Below, in pieces: positions 54,578-63,860 of a DNA stretch of 64,000 nucleotides. Below the pieces are notes generated by a model. That model did no database searches, was not told the DNA's origin, and saw only the letters and a list, made by a program, of their open reading frames with translations. Numbering within the stretch: the stretch's first letter is position 1; each line of letters starts with the position of its first letter. The DNA is from Dehalococcoidia bacterium (GTDB lineage Bacteria; Chloroflexota; Dehalococcoidia; Lucifugimonadales; JADFKI01), in NCBI GenBank assembly GCA_965243355.1, contig OZ251547.1:2596479-2660478 (forward strand), in the 5' to 3' direction. The position numbers and the translations under genes were made by a program.

Positions 54578-55165
54578 TTATCGCGCGTTATCGTGCGCGG
54601 CGGCAACCCGCTCGGCGTCTAGCCGGCGCAAGGCTTGCATCTGCGGCGGCGTCAGGTAGATGAACGGGCGCGCTTTGCGTATGAGATCCAGCGCGGCGTC
54701 CATAGCGTAGCCTTGCCCTATCAGATATGCCGCCGCCATAGTGGGCGCTCTGCCCACGCCCGCCGAGCAGTGGATATAGACTTTGCCGCCGCCGCCGATA
54801 GCCTCGCGTATGAACGCCGCGCCCTGGGCTAGATGCGCGGGGGATGGAGCGCGGTCGTCGGTGGTGGGCAGGTGGCAGTAGCGGTCGGGCGCGTCTTGCG
54901 GCAATAGGCCGTGCGCCGCGTCGTCGAATTCGGAGCGCATATTGACGATGTGGGTGATGCCCGCGCGGGCGAGCGTGGGCTTGCCGCGAGCGCGGTATTG
55001 GGGGCCTACATAGAGCGCCGGCGCCACGCGGCTGTATGCGAGCAGGGGAACGCCGGTGATGTACGGGATGCCCCTGGCGTATGCCCACAGCGCGGTTGTG
55101 CGCCAGCCTTGCGTTTGCAGGCGGCGGCGGACGATGCGGCCGCCCTTGCGTAGCGCGCTCAGCAA
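54578..55165 (-). CDS. Dual-specificity/tyrosine protein phosphatase (CX5R)
   Basis: VYIHCSAGVGRAPTMAAAYLI is the P-loop signature HCxxGxxR(S/T). Confidence 0.75.
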   Translation of the reverse strand: MLSALRKGGRIVRRRLQTQGWRTTALWAYARGIPYITGVPLLAYSRVAPALYVGPQYRARGKPTLARAGITHIVNMRSEFDDAAHGLLPQDAPDRYCHLPTTDDRAPSPAHLAQGAAFIREAIGGGGKVYIHCSAGVGRAPTMAAAYLIGQGYAMDAALDLIRKARPFIYLTPPQMQALRRLDAERVAAAHDNAR

Positions 55166-55464
55166 GGATCCGTCTCATACGCGGCGCCGTCTTCGGCGAG
55201 AAAGCGCATCTGCTCGCCGTGCGCGGTTCGGATGCGGGTGATGCGGAGTTCGGCGGCGGCGAGCGTTTCGCTGCACATCCGCGCGAGCGCCATGCCCTCT
55301 TCGTACAGGCGCGTGGCGTCGTCAAGCGAAAGACCGCCCGATTCCAGCGCCTGGACGGTTTGGTCAAGCCGCTCCAGCGCCTGCTCAAAGGTGAGATCGC
55401 CGAAGTCCAGCGCCTCTTCATTGCCGCTATCGTATTTGCCGTTTTGCGCGTTAGCGTTGGTCAT
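55159..55464 (-). CDS. xseB: Exodeoxyribonuclease VII small subunit
   Basis: FEQALERLDQTVQALESGGLSLDDATRLYEEGMALARMC. Overlaps the xseA stop. Confidence 0.85.
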   Translation of the reverse strand: MTNANAQNGKYDSGNEEALDFGDLTFEQALERLDQTVQALESGGLSLDDATRLYEEGMALARMCSETLAAAELRITRIRTAHGEQMRFLAEDGAAYETDPC

Positions 55465-56656
55465 CGCCGCTCCTGCTTGCCGTGATTGTGGCGTCCAATA
55501 TGCCGTCGGCTAGGGTGATGTTGATGTCGTCGCCGTCCGCCGCCTGGTTGCGCGAGCCGACCACCTTGCCGTCGGTTGTGCGCTGCACTATGGCGTAGCC
55601 GCGCCGCAGGGTATCGCGCGGGCTGAGGGATTCAAGGCGGTATGTCAGCCCTCTGGATCGCTCAGTCTTGATAGCCAGGTCGTGGCGCACAAGGCTTGCG
55701 GCGGTTCTGAGCCGGTCGTCCACGCGCAGGCGCAGCGTATCCAGGTCGGGGACGGCGTTTTGCAGGCGTCTGTCCAGCTGCCGCCCAATGTCGCGCACGG
55801 TGGTTACGCGGCGAATGAGGCTTGCGGTCATGGCGTTGGCGCAGCCGACCGCGAACCCCATAAGCTCGGCGCTGTCGGGGACGACGAGTTCGGCGGCGGC
55901 GGATGGCGTGGGGGCGCGCCTGTCCGCCACGAGGTCGGCTAGGGTGTGGTCGGTTTCGTGTCCCACCGCGCTGACTACGGGGACGCCGCAGGCGTAGATC
56001 GCGCGGGCTACCGGCTCTTCGTTGAACGCCCACAGGTCTTCCAGCGAACCGCCGCCGCGCGCCAGGATGATGACATCCACGTCCGGCTCGCGGCTGGCGG
56101 CGTCAAGCGCCTCTGCGATAAGCGGCGCGGCGTCCTCGCCCTGCACGGGGGCGGGCGCGATTGCAAGCTCGGCGAGCGGGTAGCGGCGGCGTATGACATT
56201 CTGAATATCGTGCCACACCGAACCGCTGGGCGATGTTACCACTGCGATGCGCGAGGGGAACTTGGGCAGTTCGCGCTTGCGGGATGGGTCAAACAAGCCC
56301 TCTTGCTCAAGCTTGAACTTGAGCTGCTCCAGTTGCAGCTGCAGTTCGCCAACGCCTTCGGGCTGCGCGATGTCGGCGATGATTTGCAGGTCGCCGCGCT
56401 GCGCGTAGATGGTGACGCGCCCGTGCAGGATGACCGCCGCGCCGTCCCGCAGCAGCTCAGTGCCGCGCGAATTGCGAAACATTACGCAGCGCAGCGTGGA
56501 TGCGTCGTCTCGCAGGTTAAAGTAGGCGTGGCCCGACGCCGGGCGGCTGACGCGCGAAACCTCGCCGCTGACCCAGACGTCGCGCAAGTCGGCGTCGCGC
56601 TCCAGCGTGTCTTTGATGTGCTTTGCCAGCGTTGATACGGGATGTATTATCGGCAT
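55451..56656 (-). CDS. xseA: Exodeoxyribonuclease VII large subunit
   Basis: N-terminal OB fold (VWVSGEVSR.....SGHAYFNLRD) and catalytic region (IAVVTSPSGSV..D, RGGGS.EDLW.FN, VSAVGHETD). Confidence 0.9.
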   Translation of the reverse strand: MPIIHPVSTLAKHIKDTLERDADLRDVWVSGEVSRVSRPASGHAYFNLRDDASTLRCVMFRNSRGTELLRDGAAVILHGRVTIYAQRGDLQIIADIAQPEGVGELQLQLEQLKFKLEQEGLFDPSRKRELPKFPSRIAVVTSPSGSVWHDIQNVIRRRYPLAELAIAPAPVQGEDAAPLIAEALDAASREPDVDVIILARGGGSLEDLWAFNEEPVARAIYACGVPVVSAVGHETDHTLADLVADRRAPTPSAAAELVVPDSAELMGFAVGCANAMTASLIRRVTTVRDIGRQLDRRLQNAVPDLDTLRLRVDDRLRTAASLVRHDLAIKTERSRGLTYRLESLSPRDTLRRGYAIVQRTTDGKVVGSRNQAADGDDINITLADGILDATITASRSGDDQR

Positions 56657-56745
56657 TGCGCGAATGGGATGCGGGTGAATGAGATGCGGATGTTGCGCGA
56701 ATTAGGCGCGAATGATGCGCTAACCTATGCTAACCCATAAGGGCG

Positions 56746-57308
56746 CTATGCCCGCGAAAGATACTGCCCTGTGCGGGTATCCACCTTGATGAGCTCGCCC
56801 TGGTTGACGAACAGCGGCACTTGGACTACAAGCCCTGTTTGCAGCGTTGCGGGCTTTGTGCCGCCCTGAGCGGTATCGCCGCGCACGCCCGGCACGGTTT
56901 CGGCTACCTCAAGGTTGACCGTGATGGGCAGTTCAATCGCCACCGGCATATCGCGGTATAGCACTAGGTCGACGTTGATCTGCTCTACCAGGAACTGCAG
57001 CCCGTCGCCAATCTGCGCGTCGGAGAGCGGGAACTGCTCATAGGACGATGTGTCCATAAAGTAGTAGAGGTTTTCGTCCTGGTAGATGTACTCGGCCGAG
57101 CGGCGCTCTACGTCGGCTATCTTGAAGTCCACGTCGTAGCCGGAAAATGTGCGGTCGACGAGCCTGCCGGTGGTGAGTTCGCGGAACTTGATACGCATAA
57201 CGGGGGCGCGCTGCTGCATCTTGCGCTGTTCGTACTCCACCACGACATAGGGGCGTCGTCCATCTCGATTGCCATGCCTTTTCGCAGCTCGCCATAGTTG
57301 ACGGTCAT
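56746..57308 (-). pseudogene. efp: Elongation factor P, reading frame broken by an apparent 1-nt indel near 57250..57256
   Basis: From ATG 57308 the frame reads MTVNYGELRKGMAIEMDDAP and then nonsense. The rest of EF-P (PYVVVEYEQRKMQQRAPVMRIKF...KPATLQTGLVVQVPLFVNQGELIKVDTRTGQYLSRA) is in the track ORF 56746..57378, one frame off. The junction lies at a GCCCC run. The aroQ / pepP-like / efp gene order is the usual one. Confidence 0.8.
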
Positions 57309-57414
57309 AACGGGATGCCTCTCTGCTTGGGTTGGGGTTGGTCGGAGCGCCGCGCCGCCGCCGTATGCCATATGCCACATAAGGGCGGCGGCGCGGCGCG
57401 TAATGGGTGGGGGC

Positions 57415-58491
57415 TTAGAGTTTCTTTGCCTTGCTGATGACGCGGGCGCGGCCGTTTTCCATCACTACGATGTCTTCGATGCGGACGCCGCCCCATCCGG
57501 GCAGATAGATGCCCGGCTCTATGGTGAACACCATCCCGTCTTCCAGAGTATCTTCGGCGCGGGGGCCTAGGCGCGGGAATTCGTGTACGGCGAGGCCTAC
57601 GCCGTGTCCGAGGCTGTGGCCGAAGTCGTCGCCGTGGCCCGCCTCCGCGATAATGTCGCGCGCTATGGCGTCCGCCTCCTCGCCGGTCATGCCCGCGCGA
57701 ACTTGCTCTTCGGCGGCGAGCTGGGCTTGCAGCACGATGTCGTAGATGCGGCGAAACTTGGCGTCGGGCTCGCCCACGAATATCGTGCGCGTGAGGTCGC
57801 TGCAATAGCCCTCGTATTTCGCGCCCATATCTATGACGATGGCGTCGTTTGGCTTGATGACGGTGTCGTCGGCGCGGTGATGCGGCAGCGCGCCGTTGGC
57901 GCCGGCGCCCACGATTGTGTCAAACGAGATCATCTCAGCGCCGCGCTCGCGCATCGCCTTTTCAAGCTCCCACGCTACCCCCTCTTCGGTGATGCCCGGC
58001 TCTATGCGCGGCGCTACTTCGTCGATCGCCTCGTCGGCTATCTCAATCGCTTTGGCGAGCAGGGCAAGCTCGTCGGCGTCCTTGTACACGCGCAGCTGCT
58101 CAACGATGCCGGATGTGGGGATGAGTTCGGGATGGTTTGTGGTTTCGGATTCGTCCGCGGCTTTGCGAAAGGCGTTGTGCAGCGAGATGGTGACGTCGTC
58201 GCTCTCAAAGCCGATGCGCTTGACATTATGCTCCGCCGTCCATTCGGGAAACCAGCCCAAGCCGGGCGCCGTGCGGTGGATGCGGAAGTCGGGCGCCTGC
58301 TTGCCCGCCTGCTCCACATAGCGAAAGTCGGTGGCGAGCGTGGCGTCATCGCGCGATATGAGCAGCCAGCCGGCGGAGCCGGTAAAGCCGGACATATAGC
58401 GGCGGTTTTCGGGCGACGAAATCAGTATGGCGTCCAGCCCCAGGTCGTCTTGGTCGAATTTTTGGCGCAGATTATTGAGTTTTACGCTCAT
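57415..58491 (-). CDS. pepP: Xaa-Pro aminopeptidase/dipeptidase (M24B)
   Basis: Metal ligands in VIDMGAKYEGYCSDLTRT, HSLGHGVGLAVHE, FTIEPGIY and IEDIV. Confidence 0.85.
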   Translation of the reverse strand: MSVKLNNLRQKFDQDDLGLDAILISSPENRRYMSGFTGSAGWLLISRDDATLATDFRYVEQAGKQAPDFRIHRTAPGLGWFPEWTAEHNVKRIGFESDDVTISLHNAFRKAADESETTNHPELIPTSGIVEQLRVYKDADELALLAKAIEIADEAIDEVAPRIEPGITEEGVAWELEKAMRERGAEMISFDTIVGAGANGALPHHRADDTVIKPNDAIVIDMGAKYEGYCSDLTRTIFVGEPDAKFRRIYDIVLQAQLAAEEQVRAGMTGEEADAIARDIIAEAGHGDDFGHSLGHGVGLAVHEFPRLGPRAEDTLEDGMVFTIEPGIYLPGWGGVRIEDIVVMENGRARVISKAKKL

Positions 58492-58934
58492 GCGAGTCCC
58501 TCTTCTTTCAGATGCGTTGTGAGATATTCCAGGGCGAACAGGTAGCCCTGCCAGCCCAGCCCGGCTATTTGCCCCTGCGCGATGTCCGCGATGACGGAGC
58601 GGCGGCGAAAGTCTTCGCGGGCGTGTATGTTGGACAGATGCACTTCCACCACGGGCAGGCGCACGTCTATGAGCGCGTCCCGCAATGACAAGCCGTAGTG
58701 GGTGAGCGCGCCCGCGTTGACGATGATGCCAGCCACGTCGGGGGTAAGGCGCTGCAGATAGTCCACAAGCGCGCCCTCGTGGTTGGACTGGTAGAACTCG
58801 AGGTCAACGTCCATCCAGCTCGCTCGCTCGGCGACGAGTTCGGCGATGTCGTCCAGCGTCTTGACGCCGTAGTACACCTGCTCGCGCTTGCCCAGCATAT
58901 TCAGGTTTGGCCCATTCAGGATTAGGATTTTCAT
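58488..58934 (-). CDS. aroQ: 3-dehydroquinate dehydratase, type II
   Basis: ILILNGPNLNMLGKRE...YG, IVNAGALTHYG, EVHLSNIHAREDFRR. Confidence 0.9.
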   Translation of the reverse strand: MKILILNGPNLNMLGKREQVYYGVKTLDDIAELVAERASWMDVDLEFYQSNHEGALVDYLQRLTPDVAGIIVNAGALTHYGLSLRDALIDVRLPVVEVHLSNIHAREDFRRRSVIADIAQGQIAGLGWQGYLFALEYLTTHLKEEGLA

Positions 58935-58936
58935 TG

Positions 58937-59476
58937 CTAGAAAATATCGTCCACTTTGACGTTAAAGCCCGCAAGTACGCTTGAGGCTATCGTATCCCCC
59001 GGATGGCAGGTTTGCTGTATTTCCAAAACGCCGTTTGTGAGCAGCATCACCCACACGATTTTGTTGGCGGGATCGGCTATCCAGTACTCTTTGACGCCGT
59101 GCTTGGCGTATAGTTCGCGCTTGACGCCCCAATCGCGCCGCGCGGTGGAGGGCGATAGTATCTCTACCACCAGGTCGGGCGCGCCCTGGATGTTTCTCTC
59201 GCCGATGATGTGCTGCCGCTCTTTGGATATGAACATTATGTCAGGCTGGACTACATCCGTGTCTGACAGGACGACGTCCGTATCGGGGAGATAGACTATG
59301 CCGGCGTCGTTCCTTTCGACAAAATTCGTCATCCGGTTGCCCAGTTTCATCCGGTTGTTTTGGTGGACTATGATGGGGCTTTCCGACATAATCAGTTCTC
59401 CGTTTATGAGTTCGTATCGCTCATCTTCGGGGGTTTTGGCGTAGTCTTGGTATGTGAGGCGGACTGCGGTAACCAT
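58937..59476 (-). CDS. Uma2-family endonuclease (DUF820), tandem copy A
   Basis: YELINGELIM, VQPDIMFIS, APDLVVEILSPST, EYWIADP. The 3' half is about 90+% identical at DNA level to copy C, by eye. Confidence 0.8.
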   Translation of the reverse strand: MVTAVRLTYQDYAKTPEDERYELINGELIMSESPIIVHQNNRMKLGNRMTNFVERNDAGIVYLPDTDVVLSDTDVVQPDIMFISKERQHIIGERNIQGAPDLVVEILSPSTARRDWGVKRELYAKHGVKEYWIADPANKIVWVMLLTNGVLEIQQTCHPGDTIASSVLAGFNVKVDDIF

Positions 59477-59512
59477 TGCTTGCCTCCTGTTTGCTCTGTG
59501 CGATATTCGTCG

Positions 59513-60055
59513 CTATGCGAAAATATCGTCCACTTTGACCGTAAAGCCCGCAAGTACGCTTGAGGCTATCGTGTCTCCTAGGTAACAGGTTTGCTTGATT
59601 TCCAAGACGCCGTCTTTGATCGGCATCACCCACACGATTTTGTTGCCGGGATCCGTTATCCAGTATTCTTTGACGCCGTGTTTGGCGTAGAGTTCGCGCT
59701 TGACGCCCCAGTCGCGCCGTGCTGTGGAGGGCGAAATTATCTCTACCACAAGATCAGGTGCGCCCTGGATGTTAGCGTAAGTAATGATATGGTCGCGTTC
59801 TTTGGATACGAATAGTATGTCAGGCCTGACTACGTCGTTGTCTGACAGGACGACGTCCGTATTGGGGAGATAGACCTTGCCCGCGCCGTTTGTACTGACG
59901 AAGTGCATCATGCAGAAACCCAGCTCCGACTGGTTGGTTTGGTGCGCCATATTTTGGCTGGGCGTCAGAATCAGTTCCCCGTCTATGAGTTCCCAGCGCT
60001 CATCTTCCGGGGTTTTAGCGTAGTCTTCGTATGTGAGGCGGATGGCGGTAACCAT
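59513..60055 (-). CDS. Uma2-family endonuclease (DUF820), tandem copy B
   Basis: The track ORF runs up to 60292, but homology starts at ATG 60055 (MVTAIRLTYEDYAKTPEDERWELIDGELI). Motifs: RPDILFVS, APDLVVEIISPST, EYWITDP. Confidence 0.8.
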   Translation of the reverse strand: MVTAIRLTYEDYAKTPEDERWELIDGELILTPSQNMAHQTNQSELGFCMMHFVSTNGAGKVYLPNTDVVLSDNDVVRPDILFVSKERDHIITYANIQGAPDLVVEIISPSTARRDWGVKRELYAKHGVKEYWITDPGNKIVWVMPIKDGVLEIKQTCYLGDTIASSVLAGFTVKVDDIFA

Positions 60056-60093
60056 TGCTGTGCCTCCCCTTATGCGCTGTGCGGCATTCGCCG

Positions 60094-60636
60094 CTATGCG
60101 AAAATATCGTTCACTTCGACGGTAAAGCCCGCAAGAACGCTTGAGGCTATCGTATCGCCTGGATGGCAGGTTTGCTGAATTTCCAGAACGCCGTTTGTGA
60201 GCAGCATCACCCACACCATTTTGTTGGCGGGATCGGCTATCCAGTACTCTTTGACGCCGTGCCTGGCGTAGAGTTCGCGCTTGACGCCCCAATCGCGCCG
60301 CGCGGTGGAGGGGGATAGTATCTCTACCACAAGGTCGGGCGCGCCCTGGATGTTGGCGTAGGTAAGGATATGGGCGCGTTCTTTGGATACGAATGACAAG
60401 TCCGGCTTGAGTACATCCGTGTCTGACAGAACGATTTCGGCGGCGGAGTAGAAGACATCGCCCAAATCGTTCAGATCGACGAATTGCACCATTTTGAAGC
60501 CCAGTTTCGTCTGGTTCCTCAGGTGGGGCAGGTTGGGGCTTGCCGACATAATAAGCTCCCCGCCTATGAGTTCGTATCGCTCATCTTCGGGCGTGTTCGC
60601 GTAGTCTTGGTATGTGAGGCGGACGGCGGTGACCAT
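60094..60636 (-). CDS. Uma2-family endonuclease (DUF820), tandem copy C
   Basis: MVTAVRLTYQDYANTPEDERYELIGGELIM, KPDLSFVS, APDLVVEILSPST, EYWIADP. Confidence 0.8.
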   Translation of the reverse strand: MVTAVRLTYQDYANTPEDERYELIGGELIMSASPNLPHLRNQTKLGFKMVQFVDLNDLGDVFYSAAEIVLSDTDVLKPDLSFVSKERAHILTYANIQGAPDLVVEILSPSTARRDWGVKRELYARHGVKEYWIADPANKMVWVMLLTNGVLEIQQTCHPGDTIASSVLAGFTVEVNDIFA

Positions 60637-60700
60637 TGCTTGCCTCCCGTATATGCCGCGCGCGGGCGTAGTCGTGGCGTAGTCGTGACGCCGCGGCGCG

Positions 60701-61588
60701 CTATTTGCCGCTGATGGTGGTTTGCGCCATGTCCTCTATGAAGTTGGCGATGGCGGAGTGGTCGGCGTCGCCCTTGCCCGCGTTCATCAGCGAGCCGATT
60801 ATCTGCTGCGCCAGCGCGGTGAAGGGCAGCGGGACGTCGAGTTCGCGCGCCGTCTGCAAGGCGTTGTTGAGGTCTTTCTGATGCAGGCGCACCCGGAATC
60901 CGGGGTTGAAGTTGCCCTCGATCATCATCGGCGCTTTGGCGTTGAGCACCGTGCTGCCCGCCAAGCCGCCCTTGATGGCGTCCAAGACGATATTCGGGTC
61001 AAGCCCGGCTTTCTTCGCCAGCACAAGCGCCTCGCTCACGGCGGCTATGTTGATGGCGACGATTATCTGGTTGGCGAGCTTGGTTGTGTTGCCCGCGCCG
61101 TAGTCGCCGCAGTAGGTGGCGCTGCCCATCGGCTCGAACACGCCCACGTGCTTGTCGTACACATCTTGCTTGCCGCCCACCATAATGGCGAGCGTGCCGG
61201 CGATGGCGCCCGGCTCGCCGCCGCTGACGGGCGCGTCCAGGAAGTCCACGCCTTGCGACTCGCAGGCGGCGGCGATGCGCTGGGACGACGCCGGCGCGAT
61301 AGAACTCATATCTATCACCACCGCGCCCTCGGCCGCGCCCTCCAAGACGCCGTTTGCGCCCATTATGGCGGCCTCGGCGTCCGGCCCATCCGGCACCATC
61401 GTGATGATGAGCGAGTTCTTGGACGCCACCTCGCTGGAGGACGACGCCGGCGTCGCGCCCTCGGTCGCCATCTCTTCCACCGCCGTGCCAACGATGTCAT
61501 AGACGGTTACGCTGTTGCCCGCGTTCATCAGGTTTCTGACCATAGGCTTGCCCATAATGCCAAGCCCGACGAATCCAATGTCTGCCAT
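60701..61588 (-). CDS. NAD(P)-dependent beta-hydroxyacid dehydrogenase (2-hydroxy-3-oxopropionate/3-hydroxyisobutyrate reductase family)
   Basis: I place the start at ATG 61588 (MADIGFVGLGIMGKPMVRNL, Rossmann motif). Also DAPVSGGE.GA..GTL and a catalytic-Lys region GAGNTTKLANQ. Confidence 0.8.
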   Translation of the reverse strand: MADIGFVGLGIMGKPMVRNLMNAGNSVTVYDIVGTAVEEMATEGATPASSSSEVASKNSLIITMVPDGPDAEAAIMGANGVLEGAAEGAVVIDMSSIAPASSQRIAAACESQGVDFLDAPVSGGEPGAIAGTLAIMVGGKQDVYDKHVGVFEPMGSATYCGDYGAGNTTKLANQIIVAINIAAVSEALVLAKKAGLDPNIVLDAIKGGLAGSTVLNAKAPMMIEGNFNPGFRVRLHQKDLNNALQTARELDVPLPFTALAQQIIGSLMNAGKGDADHSAIANFIEDMAQTTISGK

Positions 61589-61911
61589 ATCCGCTTTGCT
61601 CCTTTCGGCGCGCGCCGCTGTCAGGGCGCTGCGAGTTAATGCGATTTTGTTACGCAACATTATCAAGCCAACATATGCGCGTGGTCAAGTGTTGGCGGGC
61701 AATTGGGCGGCGCGGATGGGCGCTATTAGGATAGGATTATCCGATTATTGCTCGCCGGAAACCCAAATGCGATTGTCCTAGGGCGAAAGCGGGCAAAACG
61801 CTCAATAATCTGGTATGTTATGCGTTGCCGCGTCACTTGAGGGCATGCAAGGGGCGCGGCAAGCGGCTTATCGGGATTGAAACGCGAGGGAAACGGCAAG
61901 GGGGCGCAGTT

Positions 61912-62307
61912 ATGGCATACTCAATCAACCATGTTCACATAAGGTCGGCTAACCCGCGCGCGTCCGCGGCGTGGTATGAGCGGCATTTCGGCGCGAAGAC
62001 GCTCTCGGAGCGCGAGGTGATGCCCGGCACGACGACCATCAGCATGGACGCGGGCGGGCCCGTGCGCCTGAACATATCCTCGCCGCCGGCGGGCTCCTCA
62101 GACGAAAGGGCGGTCGCCGAGCTGAACCGGCTGGGCTTGGAGCATTTCGGGTTCGACGTGGACGACATTGACGCGGATATGGCGCGGCTCACGGCGGCGG
62201 GCGTCCGCGTTGTGCTGCCCATAACCGAGGTCGCGGGCGGCACTCGGCTGTCGTACATAGAGGGCCCCGACAATGTGCTGATTGAGCTTGTGCAACCCGC
62301 CCGCTAA
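61912..62307 (+). CDS. VOC-family (glyoxalase/bleomycin-resistance/dioxygenase) protein
   Basis: I place the start at ATG 61912. INHVHIRSANPRASAAWYERHFG...GLEHFGFDVDDID...LIELVQ. Confidence 0.7.
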   Translation: MAYSINHVHIRSANPRASAAWYERHFGAKTLSEREVMPGTTTISMDAGGPVRLNISSPPAGSSDERAVAELNRLGLEHFGFDVDDIDADMARLTAAGVRVVLPITEVAGGTRLSYIEGPDNVLIELVQPAR

Positions 62308-62385
62308 CGCGCCAAGCGCCGGATGCGGGATGCCGCATACACAAACACATCCTAGAACACGCGAGGGGACAACAGAGGGACAGAT

Positions 62386-62706
62386 ATGAGCGACGAGATT
62401 GTGCGCTGGCAACAGGTGCGGCAGATCCTGGCGGACATAATGCAGCGGTGGGAGCGGCGCGAAAAACGGCGCGGGCTGCCGGGCATACACGGCTATTACT
62501 GGGATACGCCGCAAGAGCTCGCCAACGATGAGGCTATGGGAATGAAGTTCATAGAAGAGGGCGTCCCCGCCTCCGAAACGGCGCTGGTGATCTCTCTGCG
62601 GCAGGGGCTTGGCAGCATCCCCAAGATGCCGATGGGGGGGCCATTTCTCGCCGAAGAGGACATTCAGGCGATAGAAAACTGGATTGACAACGGGATGCCG
62701 GAGTGA
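62386..62706 (+). CDS. Hypothetical protein
   Basis: 106-aa ORF with normal-looking composition. No motif I can name. Confidence 0.4.
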   Translation: MSDEIVRWQQVRQILADIMQRWERREKRRGLPGIHGYYWDTPQELANDEAMGMKFIEEGVPASETALVISLRQGLGSIPKMPMGGPFLAEEDIQAIENWIDNGMPE

Positions 62707-62775
62707 GCGCGGCGCGTTGCGGGGCTACCGCGCATCCAACGGCAAAGCGGCGCGGCGCATACGCGGGAGGGCGCA

Positions 62776-63210
62776 ATGGCAGAACGACCTACTAGCAGCG
62801 TGCAAGTGGAATGGCAGGACGGGTTTAGGTTCGAGGCGCGGGATACGCACGGGCATAGCGTAATCGTGGACGCGCCGCAAAACGCGGGCGACGAGTTCGC
62901 GGGAATGATGCCCGGCGACCTGCTGCTGACAAGCCTCGCGGCATGCAGCGGCATAGACGTGGTCAACATACTGCGCCGCCAGCGCCAAGATGTTAGCGGC
63001 GTGGAAATCGGCGTTACGGGCGAGCAATTGCCGGACGCGCCATGGACTTGGGTTGCGATTCGGCTGCATTACACGATACGCGGGCGTGGCTTGCGCGAAT
63101 CGGCGGTGCGCCGCGCGATTGAACTCTCAGAAACTAAGTACTGCTCTATCGGCGCCACCATCGGCGGCCGCGCTGAGATAAGCAGCGGGTACACGATAGT
63201 TGAGGAGTAG
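62776..63210 (+). CDS. OsmC-family peroxiredoxin-like protein
   Basis: PGDLLLTSLAACSGIDVVNIL and the C-terminal ETKYCSIGATI (two conserved Cys). GGGAGGG RBS upstream. Confidence 0.75.
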   Translation: MAERPTSSVQVEWQDGFRFEARDTHGHSVIVDAPQNAGDEFAGMMPGDLLLTSLAACSGIDVVNILRRQRQDVSGVEIGVTGEQLPDAPWTWVAIRLHYTIRGRGLRESAVRRAIELSETKYCSIGATIGGRAEISSGYTIVEE

Positions 63211-63296
63211 CGGGATTGGCGGGATGGCCGATGCGTCAAATGCGCCATAAGATAGGCGGCGTCTTTTGATCTGCGTAATGTTGCGGGGCGGTTAGG

Positions 63297-63860
63297 ATGG
63301 CGCATTCGCCCATATTCTTGTCCAAGCGAGAGCGCCGCCTGTGGCTATGCGCGGTGGCGGTCGTGGTTGCTATCTACGCCACGCTCGGATTGGCGCCGGC
63401 GCTGGCAGGGGAGTTGCGGGAGCGCGGGTTGACGGAGGGCGCGTTTGCGCTCGGCATGCTGCTTGTGGGCGCGGCTATCGTGGCGAATGGGCTTAAAGCT
63501 CGCCCGCGCGGGATTGAGATAGCCGTGATTGTGGGCATAGCCGCCGCCTATCTGCTGATGTTCACGCGAATGGCGCTGCCCGAAGAGCGGACGCATCTCA
63601 TAGAGTACGGCGTGGTGAGCATGCTCATCTATGAGGCGCTGTCGGAGCGGGCGCGCTTTGGCGGGCGCGTATCGGGCTGGGCGCTGCCGGCGCTGGCGGC
63701 GTCAAGCGCGGCGGCGCTGGGATTGTTGGACGAGGGCATCCAAGCGCTGCTGCCCAACCGCGTATTTGACTGGCGCGACGTCCTCTTCAACGCGCTTGCG
63801 GGCGGGATGGCGGCAATCGCAAGCGCGGCGCTGGCTTGGGCGCGGCGGCGGCGAGCGTAG
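63297..63860 (+). CDS. VanZ-like membrane protein
   Basis: 4-5 TM helices and DEGIQALLPNRVFDWRDVLFNALAG, which is VanZ-like. Confidence 0.5.
   Translation: MAHSPIFLSKRERRLWLCAVAVVVAIYATLGLAPALAGELRERGLTEGAFALGMLLVGAAIVANGLKARPRGIEIAVIVGIAAAYLLMFTRMALPEERTHLIEYGVVSMLIYEALSERARFGGRVSGWALPALAASSAAALGLLDEGIQALLPNRVFDWRDVLFNALAGGMAAIASAALAWARRRRA

Noticed and set aside
59513-60292. 259-aa version of the middle Uma2 gene, and the long N-terminal extensions of the track ORFs at 7112, 18013, 33241, 38444..39799, 41115..42284, 48440, 61666 and 61825.
   Set aside because: Homology and RBS positions support internal starts. The extensions run through intergenic or neighbouring-gene sequence.
62704-62775. 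A second in-frame TGA: the hypothetical gene 62386..62706 and the OsmC gene 62776..63210 share a frame with no stop between them, and a GCGCGG...CCGCGC hairpin follows the TGA.
   Set aside because: The TGA is not at a redox Cys position. The 23 intervening codons translate to an Arg/Ala-rich, non-protein-like string. OsmC has its own strong GGGAGGG RBS and ATG. An open 69-nt stretch is expected by chance at this GC content.
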